NCBI GenBank assembly: GCA_003331645.1
Contig: QOPI01000001.1
Coordinates: 2,901 to 66,900, forward strand
Reading direction: 5' to 3'
From: SAR86 cluster bacterium
GTDB lineage: Bacteria > Pseudomonadota > Gammaproteobacteria > Magnimaribacterales > D2472
Length of the DNA: 64,000 bases
Shown here one piece after another: positions 28,952-39,817 of this stretch. A program made the position numbers and the translations under genes. How positions within the stretch are numbered: position 1 is the first letter of the stretch; each line of letters begins with the position of its first letter. A model generated the notes under the pieces. It was not told where the DNA came from and made no database searches. It worked only from the letters and a program-made list of their open reading frames with translations.

Positions 28952-29422
28952 ATGTCAAAGCAAAAAGACACAGTTATTGTAAAGAATAAAACCGCTTCAA
29001 GAAACTTCATTTTAAGTGACTCTTATCAAGCTGGAATTGTTCTAGAAGGCTGGGAAGTTAAATCACTAAGAAATAAGAAAGTAGATGTGAAAGATTGCTA
29101 TGTAACCCTAAAAAATCGAGAAGCATGGTTGATTGGAATGAAAATAGATCCGCCAGCATCATTAAAGCATGATGTCATTGATCCTACGAGATCAAGAAAG
29201 CTACTCCTTCATAAAAAAGAAATTAAGAAACTTAGCGAAATCATAGAACAGAAAAGTCTTACATGTGTTTTGACTTCACTTTATTGGAAAGAAAATCATA
29301 TCAAATGTGATATTTCTATTGGAAAAGGTAAAAAACATCGTGATCAAAGGCAAGATATTAAACAAAGGGATTGGGAAAGAGATCAAGGCAGAATTCTTAA
29401 AAATTCAAAGCTTAGGGGTTAA
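28952..29422 (+). CDS. smpB: SsrA-binding protein SmpB
   Basis: 156 aa with KTASRNFILSDSYQAGIVLEGWEVKSLR and RSRKLLLHKKEI motifs. It lies immediately upstream of ssrA. Confidence 0.97.
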   Translation: MSKQKDTVIVKNKTASRNFILSDSYQAGIVLEGWEVKSLRNKKVDVKDCYVTLKNREAWLIGMKIDPPASLKHDVIDPTRSRKLLLHKKEIKKLSEIIEQKSLTCVLTSLYWKENHIKCDISIGKGKKHRDQRQDIKQRDWERDQGRILKNSKLRG

Positions 29423-29433
29423 TGAGGTATAAT
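29404..29433 (+). promoter_or_regulatory. putative ssrA promoter overlapping the smpB 3' end
   Basis: TTCAAA (29404..29409), an 18-nt spacer, then a perfect TATAAT (29428..29433), 14 nt before the mature tmRNA 5' end. Confidence 0.4.
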
Positions 29434-29447
29434 CTTGCTCCCAATGT

Positions 29448-29796
29448 GGGGGCGAACAGGGTTCGACGTTTCTACTGGACTCCGAAGCGCATGCCAAGAT
29501 TGTGGTGATTCTTGTAAAACATACTACAAAAAATTTAGTTGCAAATAACGACAACTACGCTTTAGCAGCTTAATGCTAACCGGTGCAAAGATTGACTATG
29601 GTCTGAAGCATCGGCAAATTACATAGTCTAGCCAAGCTGTGTTGCTTGGACACAGTTTGGTTAAACTTAATCAAGCTCGCTTTTACACCCTGCTCCTCGG
29701 GTCGTTAAAGTTAAAAAGCCAATTGGGTGAGCTATGCATGTAGAAGTTAGGCTGAAGGATTAGCGGACGCGGGTTCAATTCCCGCCGCCTCCACCA
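29448..29796 (+). ncRNA. ssrA: tmRNA (SsrA), one-piece; tag reading frame 29541..29573 encodes ANNDNYALAA*
   Basis: The 5' GGGGGCG pairs with the 3' CGCCUCC-ACCA, giving an acceptor stem with a G3:U pair. It has a T-arm GGACGCGGGTTCAATTCCCGCC. Blocks collinear with E. coli tmRNA include GGTTCGACG, GCATGCCAAG, GTAAAA, and GCAAATAACGACAACTACGCTTTAGCAGCTTAA. Confidence 0.95.
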
Positions 29797-29860
29797 CTTA
29801 TATATTATTTTCAAAAAATATGGACATGTCAGCTTTACATCATTAAACTACGCTCCACCT

Positions 29861-30124
29861 ATGGCAAATTCAAAACAAACAATTAAAAGAGCCAAGCAAA
29901 ATGTTTCAAGGAACAAGCTGAAGCAAGCTCAAAGATCTAAAGCCAGAACTGCTGTGAAGGCTGTCAGAGCTTCAATAGAAGCTAATGATCCTGTTAAAGC
30001 AAAAGAGGCACTTTTACAAGCTGAAAAGATCCTTGATTCAACAGCGTCAAAAAAAGTTCTTCATAAAAATGCTGCTGCAAGATATAAAAGTAGACTAAAT
30101 AAAGCTGTGAAAGCTTTAGGCTAA
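29861..30124 (+). CDS. rpsT: 30S ribosomal protein S20
   Basis: 87 aa beginning MANSKQTIKRAKQNVSRNK, ending HKNAAARYKSRLNKAVKAL. Confidence 0.95.
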   Translation: MANSKQTIKRAKQNVSRNKLKQAQRSKARTAVKAVRASIEANDPVKAKEALLQAEKILDSTASKKVLHKNAAARYKSRLNKAVKALG

Positions 30125-31141
30125 ATCAGATTTAATTATACTAATTTCATGGGTTAGAGCATTTATAAGCTCTTTCGTCCCTATACCTGTTGCGGCTGAA
30201 ATAAAATAAACATTCTCTATTCCTAGCTTGCTGACCTCTGCTGGAATAGATTGCTGTAATTCATTTAATTTATTATCAGATAATAAATCTATTTTATTGC
30301 ACACAACCCAAGCCTCTTTTTGGGTTAAATCTTCTTTATATGACTTCAATTCGTTTCTTAGTGCCTGAATTTGATCCACAGTAGAATTATTTTCATCTGG
30401 ATATAAATCAATAAATAATAATAATAAGCCTGTTCTTGATATATGTTTCAAAAATTTTGTACCTAACCCTGCCCCTTCTGATGCACCCTCTATTAAACCA
30501 GGAATATCGGCTATAACATAACTTGAGTCAGAAGTTTGAATCGTTCCAAGATGAGGCCTTAATGTAGTAAAAGGATAGCTGCCTATTTTTGGCTTTGCAG
30601 AAGAAACTGTATTAAGAAAGGTAGATTTTCCTGCATTAGGCATCCCAACAAGACCCACATCAGCAAGTGACTTTAATTCTAATCTTATTAATCTTACCTC
30701 TCCCTCTTTTCCAGGTGTAGATTTGCGAGGAGCCTGATTTCTACTTGATTTAAATCGGGAATTACCCAAACCGCCTTCTCCTCCTTTTACAACTGTATAG
30801 AGTTGATTGATCTCACAGCAATCTAAAATCACTTCATTAGAAGCATCATCATAAATAACAGTACCTTGCGGAATATCTAAGACTAAATCTTCGGCTGCAG
30901 CGCCAGACATATTTTTTCCAGATCCCGGCTTTCCATTCCTTGCTGAGAAAACTCTAGTATTTCTAAAGTCAATAAGTGTATTTTTATTAAGATTGACTTT
31001 AAAGATTACATCTCCACCCTTTCCACCATCACCACCATCTGGTCCGCCAAAAGGAATAAATTTTTCTCTTCTAAAACTTATTGATCCTGCGCCACCATTT
31101 CCAGCCCTAACTTCGAGAAAGGCCTCGTCTATAAAATTCAT
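30116..31141 (-). CDS. obg: GTPase Obg/CgtA (short form without a C-terminal tail domain)
   Basis: 341 aa with the Obg fold FIDEAFLEVRAGNGGAGSISFRREKF and glycine-rich GGPDGGDGGKGG, a G domain (GMPNAGKST, DIPGLIEGA, NKID). Position is rplU-rpmA-obg. Confidence 0.95.
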   Translation of the reverse strand: MNFIDEAFLEVRAGNGGAGSISFRREKFIPFGGPDGGDGGKGGDVIFKVNLNKNTLIDFRNTRVFSARNGKPGSGKNMSGAAAEDLVLDIPQGTVIYDDASNEVILDCCEINQLYTVVKGGEGGLGNSRFKSSRNQAPRKSTPGKEGEVRLIRLELKSLADVGLVGMPNAGKSTFLNTVSSAKPKIGSYPFTTLRPHLGTIQTSDSSYVIADIPGLIEGASEGAGLGTKFLKHISRTGLLLLFIDLYPDENNSTVDQIQALRNELKSYKEDLTQKEAWVVCNKIDLLSDNKLNELQQSIPAEVSKLGIENVYFISAATGIGTKELINALTHEISIIKSDLA

Positions 31142-31153
31142 GATATATAGGGG

Positions 31154-31414
31154 TTATTGTTGAGTAATAACGTTTGCAGTTTTTCTGCTCTTAGGACCTT
31201 TATAAGTAAACTGAACAACGCCTGCAGCTTTAGCAAACAATGTATCATCTTTGCCAATGCCGACATTTATCCCAGGATGAGTATTAGTTCCTCTTTGACG
31301 AATAAGAATTTCTCCAGCCTTTACAGTCTGCCCGCCATATCTCTTGACACCAAGCCTCTTAGCGTTCGAATCTCTACCGTTCTTACTGGAACCACCTGCT
31401 TTCTTATGTGCCAT
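31154..31414 (-). CDS. rpmA: 50S ribosomal protein L27
   Basis: 86 aa beginning [24 protein letters not shown]. Confidence 0.97.
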   Translation of the reverse strand: MAHKKAGGSSKNGRDSNAKRLGVKRYGGQTVKAGEILIRQRGTNTHPGINVGIGKDDTLFAKAAGVVQFTYKGPKSRKTANVITQQ

Positions 31415-31734
31415 TATTTACTCACTAATTTAATTGATTTAATTTCTACTTGAGAATATCTAGCTCTATGGCCAACTTTTCTCATACTATGCTTTCTTCT
31501 TCTAAATCTTAAAATAGAAAGCTTTTCTGATTTAATAATATCTTTTACTTCAGCAGTTACTTTAACATTTGATAGGTATGGTTGCCCTATTTCAACGTTT
31601 TTATCATCTACATATAACAAAACATTATCAAATGTAATTTTTTTTCCAGGCTCATCAGACAACAAATCAACAGAAAGATATTCACCTTCCTCTATTTTAT
31701 GTTGTTTTCCACCTGATTCTATAACTGCGTACAT
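31414..31734 (-). CDS. rplU: 50S ribosomal protein L21
   Basis: 106 aa beginning [17 protein letters not shown]. It joins rpmA through a TAATG junction. Confidence 0.97.
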   Translation of the reverse strand: MYAVIESGGKQHKIEEGEYLSVDLLSDEPGKKITFDNVLLYVDDKNVEIGQPYLSNVKVTAEVKDIIKSEKLSILRFRRRKHSMRKVGHRARYSQVEIKSIKLVSK

Positions 31735-31757
31735 ATTTATATTCCTAAAGGTGGCAA

Positions 31758-31786
31758 AATATACGCTTTAATGAGGAATTTATCAA
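31758..31786 (-). promoter_or_regulatory. putative sigma70 promoter of rplU-rpmA-obg
   Basis: The minus strand reads TTGATA (31786..31781), a 17-nt spacer, then TATATT (31763..31758). This is followed by an AGGA SD and the rplU ATG at 31734. Confidence 0.45.
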
Positions 31787-31822
31787 TAGTTATGTATAAT
31801 TTTGATGGAAATAGGACATCTA

Positions 31823-32785
31823 ATGAAATTGACAAATAACTCATATAAAAAAGAATTGAAACTAGTAAGTCAGTTAATAAAAAATGAAATAGTTGATGAA
31901 AAAATAATTCAGCAACTTTATAACTATATTTTTAAAAATAGCGGAAAGCAATTGAGGCCTCTTTTGAGTTTAATCGCGTCATCTCCTGATAAAAGAAAAA
32001 CAAGAAAAAGGCTTAAAATAGCAGCAATAATAGAGCTCCTTCATACTGCAACCCTTGTTCATGATGATGTTGTTGATGAATCTCCTACCCGAAGAGGTAT
32101 CGATACAATTAATAAAAATTGGACCAATTCGCATGGTGTCTTAATTGGAGATTTTATTTATTCAAAGGCTTTTATGTTGATGATTGGGTTATCAGATATG
32201 GAGATACTTGATGAATTATCTAAGGCTACAAATGATATTTCTAAAGGAGAGCTTATTCAATTAGATTTAATTGGAAAAAAGGATGTTTCATTAAGTGAGC
32301 TCATCAAGGTTAGTTATTTTAAAACTGGTAGGCTCTTTGAGGCTTCAGCAAAATGTGGAGCTATTTTGGCAAAAAAAGATGATAAACCCTACATTAATAA
32401 TTTAAGTAATTTCTCTAAATATCTTGGAATTGCATTCCAAATTAAAGATGATATGTTGGATTATTCACTAAATTCCAAGCAGCTAGGCAAGCCCACTCTT
32501 CAAGATTTAAGTGAGGGGAAAATTACATATCCATTTTACTTTGCTTTAAAAAATGCAAATGTAAAAGATAAAAAATTTTTACTAAGCATACTAGGATCTA
32601 AAAAACATTATAAAAATTCAAAAATTATCGAAAAGATAGAACTTCTTGGAGGAATTAAACAAACAGAAAAACTTTTGAAAAGTTATATAACAAAATCTGT
32701 GAGCCTGGCTAAGAAAATTGATAACAAGCAAATTAGAGAAGAAATGTTAAACTTAAGTCAATTTTCTTATAACAGAACGAAATAA
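31823..32785 (+). CDS. ispB: octaprenyl-diphosphate synthase (all-trans polyprenyl diphosphate synthase)
   Basis: DDxxD motifs ([20 protein letters not shown]) and GKQLRP. It is divergent from rplU as in E. coli. The track starts at TTG 31802. I prefer ATG 31823 (AGGA SD 8 nt upstream; spacing to GKxxRP matches E. coli IspB). Confidence 0.85.
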   Translation: MKLTNNSYKKELKLVSQLIKNEIVDEKIIQQLYNYIFKNSGKQLRPLLSLIASSPDKRKTRKRLKIAAIIELLHTATLVHDDVVDESPTRRGIDTINKNWTNSHGVLIGDFIYSKAFMLMIGLSDMEILDELSKATNDISKGELIQLDLIGKKDVSLSELIKVSYFKTGRLFEASAKCGAILAKKDDKPYINNLSNFSKYLGIAFQIKDDMLDYSLNSKQLGKPTLQDLSEGKITYPFYFALKNANVKDKKFLLSILGSKKHYKNSKIIEKIELLGGIKQTEKLLKSYITKSVSLAKKIDNKQIREEMLNLSQFSYNRTK

Positions 32786-33303
32786 TGTTTAAACCTCAAA
32801 ACAATTACTCAAAACAAGAACTAATTCAGTGTTCTGAAGGAAAACTTTTTGGTCCTAATGATGGAAAATTACCATCAAGAGAAATGTTAATGTTCGATGA
32901 TATATCTAATATTGATGATTCGAGTGGCGAGTTTGGGAAAGGTGCTATTGTTGCTCATCTTAAAATAAATCCAGAGCTATGGTTTTTTGATGTTCATTTT
33001 AAAGATGACCCAGTAATGCCTGGATGTTTAGGTCTCGATGCTATGTGGCAATTACTAGGTTTTTATCTTTTATGGAGTGGGCTTCCAGGAATTGGAAGAG
33101 CGCTTGGTGCAGAAAAAGTTAAATTCTTTGGTCAAGTCTTACCAACTTCAAAAATAGTAAGATATGAATTAGACATTAAAAGAGTAGTTAATAGAGGTGC
33201 TGTTGTTGGTTTAGCAAATGGCAATATGTTTGTTGATGATAGGCATGTTTATTCTGCTGAAAATCTTAAAGTCGGACTATTTAAAGATACAAGTAATTTT
33301 TAA
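32785..33303 (+). CDS. fabA: 3-hydroxydecanoyl-ACP dehydratase/isomerase
   Basis: 172 aa with the active-site region [29 protein letters not shown]. Its start shares 1 nt with the ispB stop (TAATG). Confidence 0.95.
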   Translation: MFKPQNNYSKQELIQCSEGKLFGPNDGKLPSREMLMFDDISNIDDSSGEFGKGAIVAHLKINPELWFFDVHFKDDPVMPGCLGLDAMWQLLGFYLLWSGLPGIGRALGAEKVKFFGQVLPTSKIVRYELDIKRVVNRGAVVGLANGNMFVDDRHVYSAENLKVGLFKDTSNF

Positions 33304-33304
33304 A

Positions 33305-34513
33305 ATGAAAAAAGTAGTAGTAACTGGATATGGAATTATTTCTTGTATTGGTAATTCAAAAAAGGAAGTTATTGAATCTCTTAAAGATGGGAAATCTGGG
33401 ATATCTTTGAATCAATCATATGTTGATATGGGTTTTAGAAGTCATGTTTCTGGTTCAATTAATTTAAAACTTGAAGACTTGATAGATAGAAAATTATTGA
33501 GATTTATGAGTCATGCTTCAGCATACGCATACCTAGCAGCTCTTGAAGCTATTGCTATGGCAAATATTACAGAGGAAAATCTTAATTCTGTAAAAACTGG
33601 AATAGTTGCTGGATCAGGGGGCGCTTCGTCACAAAGTCAAATAATTGCCTCAGATATAGTAAGGGAAAAAAGTCCAAAAAGAATTGGTCCATATGCTGTA
33701 ACTAAGACAATGGGAAGTACAGTATCAGCTATTTTAGGAACAGCTTTAAAAATAAAAGGGGTTAATTATTCTATATCTTCAGCTTGCTCTACTAGCGCTC
33801 ATTGCATTGGACATGCAGCGGAACTAATTCAAAGTGGTAAACAAGATATGGTTATAGCTGGTGGTGGAGAAGATGAACATTGGACATCATCATCTATGTT
33901 TGATGCCATGGGAGCTTTGTCTTCATCAAAGAATGATGACCCTCAGAAAGCCTCACGTCCATTTGATAAAGACAGGGATGGATTTGTGATCTCTGGCGGT
34001 GCAGGAATAGTTATACTGGAGAGTGAAGAACATGCAAAAAAAAGAAATGCAAATATTTTGGCTGAGTTAAAGGGATACTTTGCTAACTCAGATGGTTATG
34101 ACATGGTTGCTCCATCTGGAGAAGGTGCTGAAAGGTGTATGCTAGAAGCATTAAAGGTTTTTGGACAAAATGTGGATTATATAAATACTCATGGCACCAG
34201 TACCCCTGTTGGTGATATTGCAGAATTAAACGCAATAAAGCGAGTATTTAAAGAAAATGTTCCGATTATAAGCTCAACAAAATCTATGACAGGCCATTCA
34301 TTGGGAGCAACTGGAGCCCAAGAAGCAATTTATTCGATAATGATGATGCAAGAAAGCTTTATTGCCCCTTCAATTAATATCGATGAGTTAGTGGATGAAG
34401 CAAATGGTTTAAACATTAATCTAGAGACATTAGATAAAAAAATAAATTCTGTTATGACTAATTCTTTTGGTTTTGGTGGGACTAATGCTAGCTTAATTTT
34501 TAGTAAATACTAA
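33305..34513 (+). CDS. fabB: 3-oxoacyl-ACP synthase I
   Basis: 402 aa from ATG 33305 ([13 protein letters not shown]). It has the active-site Cys in [13 protein letters not shown], plus HGTSTPVGD and GHSLGATG. The track ORF from 33218 is an upstream extension overlapping fabA. Confidence 0.93.
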   Translation: MKKVVVTGYGIISCIGNSKKEVIESLKDGKSGISLNQSYVDMGFRSHVSGSINLKLEDLIDRKLLRFMSHASAYAYLAALEAIAMANITEENLNSVKTGIVAGSGGASSQSQIIASDIVREKSPKRIGPYAVTKTMGSTVSAILGTALKIKGVNYSISSACSTSAHCIGHAAELIQSGKQDMVIAGGGEDEHWTSSSMFDAMGALSSSKNDDPQKASRPFDKDRDGFVISGGAGIVILESEEHAKKRNANILAELKGYFANSDGYDMVAPSGEGAERCMLEALKVFGQNVDYINTHGTSTPVGDIAELNAIKRVFKENVPIISSTKSMTGHSLGATGAQEAIYSIMMMQESFIAPSINIDELVDEANGLNINLETLDKKINSVMTNSFGFGGTNASLIFSKY

Positions 34514-35589
34514 TATAGTTTATATAAAGCTTCTTTAGTATAAGGAATAATATCTTTTATTCTTCCCTCTCTCATTTTAATAACCCACTCATAGTCCGCA
34601 AGGAGTGCTCGACCAACTGCAACCATATCGTATTTTTTATTAGATATATCACTAATAGCTTTATCAATATTTCTTGGAGATGCTGGAGCACTCATATCAA
34701 TAAAATCAGAATCAAGGCCAACACTACCAACACTGATAGTTGGTAATCCAGTAAGTTTTTTTGTCCAAAATGCTAAATTTTCATCGGAGCCTTCAAATTC
34801 ACTTTCCCAAAACCTTCTCATGCTTGAATGCAAATAATCTAGGCCGGCATCTACTGGCTGCTTAATCACTTTTAAAAGCTCTTCAGATGATGCTGCTAAC
34901 TTTGCCTCATAATCCTGTTGTTTCCATTGTGAAAATCTTAATCCAACAATAAAATTATTACTAACATTTGATCTTATTGCTTTAACAATATTAGCAGCTA
35001 ACTGAGAACGCTTTTCAATAGATCCTCCATATAAATCTTCTCTTTCATTGGTTCCTCTCCAAAAGAAATTATCAATAAGATATCCATGGGCGCCATGTAT
35101 CTCAACTCCATCAAAACCAATTTCTTCACAATATTTTGCATCTGATGCAAAAGCATCAATAGTTTCTTTAATATCTTCAGAACTCATAGCATGAGCAACT
35201 CTTTTTCCAGGCCTAACTAGACCAGAGGCTGTGTGACCAGGCACTTCTGGATTTGGTCCCATACCAAGCTTTCTAAAACCACCACAATGCCATAACTGTG
35301 CTATTACAGCACCATCATGTTCTTTTATACCTCCAACAACCCTCTTCCATCCATCCCTTGCTTTTTCGCTATCTAACCTTGGGACATCAGGATAGGCGCT
35401 AGAAGCTTTATGACTAACCTCAACTCCCTCTGTAATGATTAGTCCAACATCAGCTTCAGCTCTCCTTTTGTAGTATGAAACAACTTCATTAGTGGGAATT
35501 CCTTCTGGAGACTGGTTACGAGTCATAGGAGCCATAGCAATCCTATTTCTTAACAAAGTATTTTTTATTTTGTAAGGTTCAAATAACAT
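34510..35589 (-). CDS. NADH:flavin oxidoreductase, Old Yellow Enzyme family
   Basis: 359 aa with an OYE-type N-terminus ([16 protein letters not shown]), plus [18 protein letters not shown] and [10 protein letters not shown] motifs. Confidence 0.85.
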   Translation of the reverse strand: MLFEPYKIKNTLLRNRIAMAPMTRNQSPEGIPTNEVVSYYKRRAEADVGLIITEGVEVSHKASSAYPDVPRLDSEKARDGWKRVVGGIKEHDGAVIAQLWHCGGFRKLGMGPNPEVPGHTASGLVRPGKRVAHAMSSEDIKETIDAFASDAKYCEEIGFDGVEIHGAHGYLIDNFFWRGTNEREDLYGGSIEKRSQLAANIVKAIRSNVSNNFIVGLRFSQWKQQDYEAKLAASSEELLKVIKQPVDAGLDYLHSSMRRFWESEFEGSDENLAFWTKKLTGLPTISVGSVGLDSDFIDMSAPASPRNIDKAISDISNKKYDMVAVGRALLADYEWVIKMREGRIKDIIPYTKEALYKLY

Positions 35590-35601
35590 AGAAAAATTAG
35601 T

Positions 35602-36474
35602 TCACTTTTTTTCTTTAAACATACTCTTTCTCCATGGGAAGAAAGAGGGCATATCACTTGAAATTTTATTTACGTACTTTGCTTTTCTTTTTTCTAAAAA
35701 AGACATAACTCCTTCAACTGCATCTTCAGAAGCGCCCCTTGAGTTAATTGATTTACTATCTAAAATATGTGCCTCTTCTGGACTAGGCGCAGAAGACATG
35801 TCCCAAATCATATGCCTAGTAAGTGCAACTGATACTGGTGCAGTGTTAGAAATAAGCTTATAAGCAATCTTTTTTGTTTCCATCATCAAATTAGATGGCT
35901 CAACAGTATAATTAACGAGGCCAAATTTAAGAGCATCTTCTGCGCTAAATATTTCACCAGAAAAACATAATTCTAGAGCTTTAGATATGCCTACTATACG
36001 AGGCAAAAACCAACTAGAGCATGCGTCTGGGACAATGCCTCTTTTAGCAAAAACAAACCCATATCTTGCTGTTGTTGAGGCCACACGAATATCTGCTGCC
36101 AATTGAAGTGATGCTCCTATGCCCACTGCATCCCCATTACAAGCAATTAATATTGGTTTAAGGCAATTGAACATTCTTAGGGTTAAAATGCCTCCAGAAT
36201 CTCTCTTAAAATCTGCATTGAAAGCATCTGAAGTATCAAACCCTGAATTAAAAGTTTCGCCGCCAGAAGATAAATCAGCTCCAGCACAAAAAGCCCTGCC
36301 CTCTCCAGTAATAATTACAGCTTTTATAGAATCTTTTGAATCGATATGATCAAATGCATCTAACATTTCAGACATCATTGTGACTGTAAATGCATTTAAT
36401 TTTTCAGGGCGATTTAAAGTTATATAGCCAATAGATTCATCTTCTTGAAAATGAATAGTTTTATATTCTTCCAC
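35602..36474 (-). CDS. enoyl-CoA hydratase/isomerase (crotonase) family protein
   Basis: 290 aa with ITLNRPEKLNAF, VIITGEGRAFCAGADL and NGDAVGIGASLQLAAD motifs. This is the second crotonase-family gene in the window. Confidence 0.8.
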   Translation of the reverse strand: MEEYKTIHFQEDESIGYITLNRPEKLNAFTVTMMSEMLDAFDHIDSKDSIKAVIITGEGRAFCAGADLSSGGETFNSGFDTSDAFNADFKRDSGGILTLRMFNCLKPILIACNGDAVGIGASLQLAADIRVASTTARYGFVFAKRGIVPDACSSWFLPRIVGISKALELCFSGEIFSAEDALKFGLVNYTVEPSNLMMETKKIAYKLISNTAPVSVALTRHMIWDMSSAPSPEEAHILDSKSINSRGASEDAVEGVMSFLEKRKAKYVNKISSDMPSFFPWRKSMFKEKK

Positions 36475-36485
36475 TTTGTAGCGCT

Positions 36486-36920
36486 TTAGAAAGGTATGTC
36501 TTCTTCTGATATCCCTGAACTATCACCATCAGGCAATGAGCTCGAGCTAGATTGATCCATTGAAGCATCATTATTCTGACTTGGGCGTGAATCTAAGAAA
36601 TTAAATTGACTGCCAACTATCTCTGTTGTCCACCTATCATTGCCATCTTTATCTTGCCATTTTCTTGTCTGAAGCTTACCTTCAACATAGATCTTTGAGC
36701 CTTTATCTAAATATCTTTCTATAGTTTCAGCAGGTTTCCCAAAAAAAACAACTCTATGCCACTCAGTTTTATCTCTCATTTCTCCAGACTCTTTATCCTT
36801 CCATGATTCAGTGGTTGCAATAGAGAGGTTAGCTACAGCAGAATTAGTTGCTGTATATCTCATTTCGGGCTTTTGACCAAGATTTCCAATCAATATAACT
36901 TTATTTACGCCATTACTCAT
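36486..36920 (-). CDS. ssb: single-stranded DNA-binding protein
   Basis: 144 aa with OB-fold [18 protein letters not shown]...[10 protein letters not shown] and the C-terminal acidic tip EEDIPF. It is divergent from uvrA as in E. coli. Confidence 0.95.
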   Translation of the reverse strand: MSNGVNKVILIGNLGQKPEMRYTATNSAVANLSIATTESWKDKESGEMRDKTEWHRVVFFGKPAETIERYLDKGSKIYVEGKLQTRKWQDKDGNDRWTTEIVGSQFNFLDSRPSQNNDASMDQSSSSSLPDGDSSGISEEDIPF

Positions 36921-36991
36921 AATTACCTCTTATAATAATGTGTAAAGTTTAACCTAAATTTATTTAATCATCACTGGAATTTTTATTTCTT

Positions 36992-39817
36992 ATGGATAGC
37001 ATTTATATCAAAGGCGCCAGAACGCATAACCTTAAAGATATTAATCTTGAGATACCAAGAAATAAAATAATAGTCATAACAGGACTTTCTGGATCTGGTA
37101 AATCTTCATTGGCTTTTGATACTTTATACGCAGAGGGACAAAGAAGATATGTTGAATCTCTATCTACTTATGCAAGACAATTTCTTTCTTTGATGGAAAA
37201 ACCAGATGTCGACCAAATTGAAGGTCTTTCTCCTGCTATTTCTATAGAACAAAAAGCAACTTCTCATAACCCAAGATCGACTGTTGGAACAGTTACTGAA
37301 ATTTATGATTATTTAAGATTGTTATATGCAAGAATTGGAACCCCTAAATGCCCTGATCATGGTGAAGAATTAAAAGCAAAAACTGTTTCAGAGATGTGTG
37401 ATGAAATATACAAAATAGAAGAAAATACTAAAATCATGATTTTAGCACCCTTGATTAGAGGTAAAAAAGGAGAGCATCTTGGTGTATATGAAGAATTGAG
37501 AAAAGAAGGCTACGTTAGAGTTAAGGTTGATGGCGTAGTTTATCCAATAGAAGAGTTTCCTGATCTAGAGAAAAACAAAAAACATGATATATCAGCTGTA
37601 GTTGATAGAATTATTGTTAAATCTTCAGATGAAAATAGAATTAGGTTGTCTGAATCGATAGAAAATGCTTTAAAGCTTACAAATGGAATAGTGAAGATCG
37701 AATCTATTGATTCTAATAATGTAGATCAGTTGTTTTCTTCAAATTTTTCTTGCTCTCAATGTGGTTACTCAGTTGCAGAATTAGAGCCAAGAATGTTTTC
37801 CTTCAATAATCCTTTTGGGGCATGCCAAAAATGTGATGGATTGGGCGTAATACAATATTTTAATGAAAAAAGATTAATTCCAAACGAAGAGGTTTCGATA
37901 AGCAATGGAGCAATAAAAAAATGGAATAGAAGAAATAGATTTTATTATCATCAGCTTAAATGTTTGAGTAAACATTATAAATTTAGTCTAGATACACCTT
38001 GGAAAGATTATTCAGATGAGTTAAAACATATTCTTTTATGGGGCTCTGATGAGCGAATTGATTTCTCCCATAGATTTAGAAGTGGCAGCAAAATAGTCAG
38101 AAAACATAGATTTGAAGGCATTATTCCAAATACAGAAAGAAGATTTAAAGAGACAGACTCAGATTACATAAGAGATAGACTTGCAAAGCTTATGTCTTCA
38201 AGCGCCTGTAATGAATGTCATGGATCAAGACTGAATAAGGAATCTAGAAATGTCTTCATAAACAAGACTCCTATATATGAGATTACTTCTTTAAGAATTT
38301 CAGATTCCTTAGGCTTTATGAAGGATATGAAGTTAACTGGTGCTAAGTTAAAAATTGCTGAGAAAATTTTAAAAGAGATTATTGACCGCTTATCTTTCTT
38401 GGCTGACGTTGGATTAAATTATTTAACGCTTGAAAGAAGTGCAGAAACGCTATCAGGCGGTGAAGCTCAAAGAATAAGATTAGCAAGTCAGATAGGTTCT
38501 GGTCTTGTAGGAGTTACTTATGTTCTCGATGAACCTTCAATTGGATTACATCAAAGAGATAATGCAAAACTTATAAAAACATTAAATCATCTTAAAAGCC
38601 TAGGTAACACTGTTATTGTTGTAGAACATGATGAAGAAGCAATAAGAAGTGCTGATCATATAATTGATATTGGGCCAGGTGCAGGAAAACATGGGGGTGA
38701 AATCTGTGCCTCAGGAACATTAAAAGATATTCTTAATAATGAAAAATCTATAACTGCACAATATCTTTCAGGACAAAAAGAAATAGCTATACCAAAAAAA
38801 CGCTTAAAACCAGGAACTGATTTTATTTCAATAGTAAAAGCATCTGAAAATAACCTTCAAGATGTTACTGCTAATATTCCGGTAGGCTTATTTACTTGTA
38901 TAACTGGTGTCTCTGGATCAGGTAAATCATCGCTAATTAATCAAACTTTGCTTCCTATTAGCTCTTTCGTTTTAAATAAAGCCAAACTTGCTAAAGAAAT
39001 TAATTGTGAAAAGATTGATGGTTTAGATCATTTAGATAAAGTAATTAATATTGATCAGTCTCCAATAGGAAGAACTCCCCGCTCTAATCCTGCAACATAT
39101 ACTGGGCTTTTTTCTTACATAAGAGACCTATTTGCTGAAACAGTTGAGGCTAAATCAAGAGGTTATAAGCCCGGTCGATTTAGCTTTAATGTAAAAGGCG
39201 GAAGATGTGAAGCTTGTCAGGGTGATGGCGTAACTAAAGTAGAAATGCATTTTTTAGCAGATGTTTATGTTTTATGTGATGTATGTAATGGGCAAAGATA
39301 TAATGAGCAAACTTTAGATATTAAGTATAAAAACAAAAATATTAGTCAAGTCTTAAATATGACTGTAGAAGAAGGTTTAGATTTTTTTGATGCTATCCCA
39401 AAAATAAAAAATAAACTATCGACTCTTAATGATGTTGGGCTTGGTTACATAACTCTAGGGCAGTCTGCTATTACCCTGTCAGGAGGAGAAGCTCAGCGCA
39501 TAAAATTAGCGAAAGAATTGTCAAAAAGAAGTACTGGTAAAACTTTATTTATTTTAGATGAGCCTACTACAGGTCTTCATTTTGCAGATATAGAACTGCT
39601 TCTAAAGGTTTTAGAAAGACTTAAGTCCCAAGGAAATACCATTGCGGTTATAGAACATAATTTAGATGTTATAAAGACAGCAGATTGGGTGATAGATCTC
39701 GGCCCTGAAGGCGGTAGTGAAGGAGGAAAAATTATTGCTGAAGGAACTCCAGAAGATATTGCTAAAGTAGAAAATTCTTATACAGGAATTTATTTAAAGG
39801 ATATGCTTAAAAGTTAA
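36992..39817 (+). CDS. uvrA: excinuclease ABC subunit A
   Basis: 941 aa with two ABC ATPase modules ([18 protein letters not shown]; LSGGEAQR twice) and zinc-finger CxxC pairs. Confidence 0.98.
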   Translation: MDSIYIKGARTHNLKDINLEIPRNKIIVITGLSGSGKSSLAFDTLYAEGQRRYVESLSTYARQFLSLMEKPDVDQIEGLSPAISIEQKATSHNPRSTVGTVTEIYDYLRLLYARIGTPKCPDHGEELKAKTVSEMCDEIYKIEENTKIMILAPLIRGKKGEHLGVYEELRKEGYVRVKVDGVVYPIEEFPDLEKNKKHDISAVVDRIIVKSSDENRIRLSESIENALKLTNGIVKIESIDSNNVDQLFSSNFSCSQCGYSVAELEPRMFSFNNPFGACQKCDGLGVIQYFNEKRLIPNEEVSISNGAIKKWNRRNRFYYHQLKCLSKHYKFSLDTPWKDYSDELKHILLWGSDERIDFSHRFRSGSKIVRKHRFEGIIPNTERRFKETDSDYIRDRLAKLMSSSACNECHGSRLNKESRNVFINKTPIYEITSLRISDSLGFMKDMKLTGAKLKIAEKILKEIIDRLSFLADVGLNYLTLERSAETLSGGEAQRIRLASQIGSGLVGVTYVLDEPSIGLHQRDNAKLIKTLNHLKSLGNTVIVVEHDEEAIRSADHIIDIGPGAGKHGGEICASGTLKDILNNEKSITAQYLSGQKEIAIPKKRLKPGTDFISIVKASENNLQDVTANIPVGLFTCITGVSGSGKSSLINQTLLPISSFVLNKAKLAKEINCEKIDGLDHLDKVINIDQSPIGRTPRSNPATYTGLFSYIRDLFAETVEAKSRGYKPGRFSFNVKGGRCEACQGDGVTKVEMHFLADVYVLCDVCNGQRYNEQTLDIKYKNKNISQVLNMTVEEGLDFFDAIPKIKNKLSTLNDVGLGYITLGQSAITLSGGEAQRIKLAKELSKRSTGKTLFILDEPTTGLHFADIELLLKVLERLKSQGNTIAVIEHNLDVIKTADWVIDLGPEGGSEGGKIIAEGTPEDIAKVENSYTGIYLKDMLKS

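Noticed and set aside
33218-33304. 29-codon N-terminal extension of fabB in the ORF track ([14 protein letters not shown]...).
   Set aside because: It overlaps the fabA 3' end in another frame. KAS I proteins begin at [10 protein letters not shown], and ATG 33305 follows the fabA stop by 1 nt.
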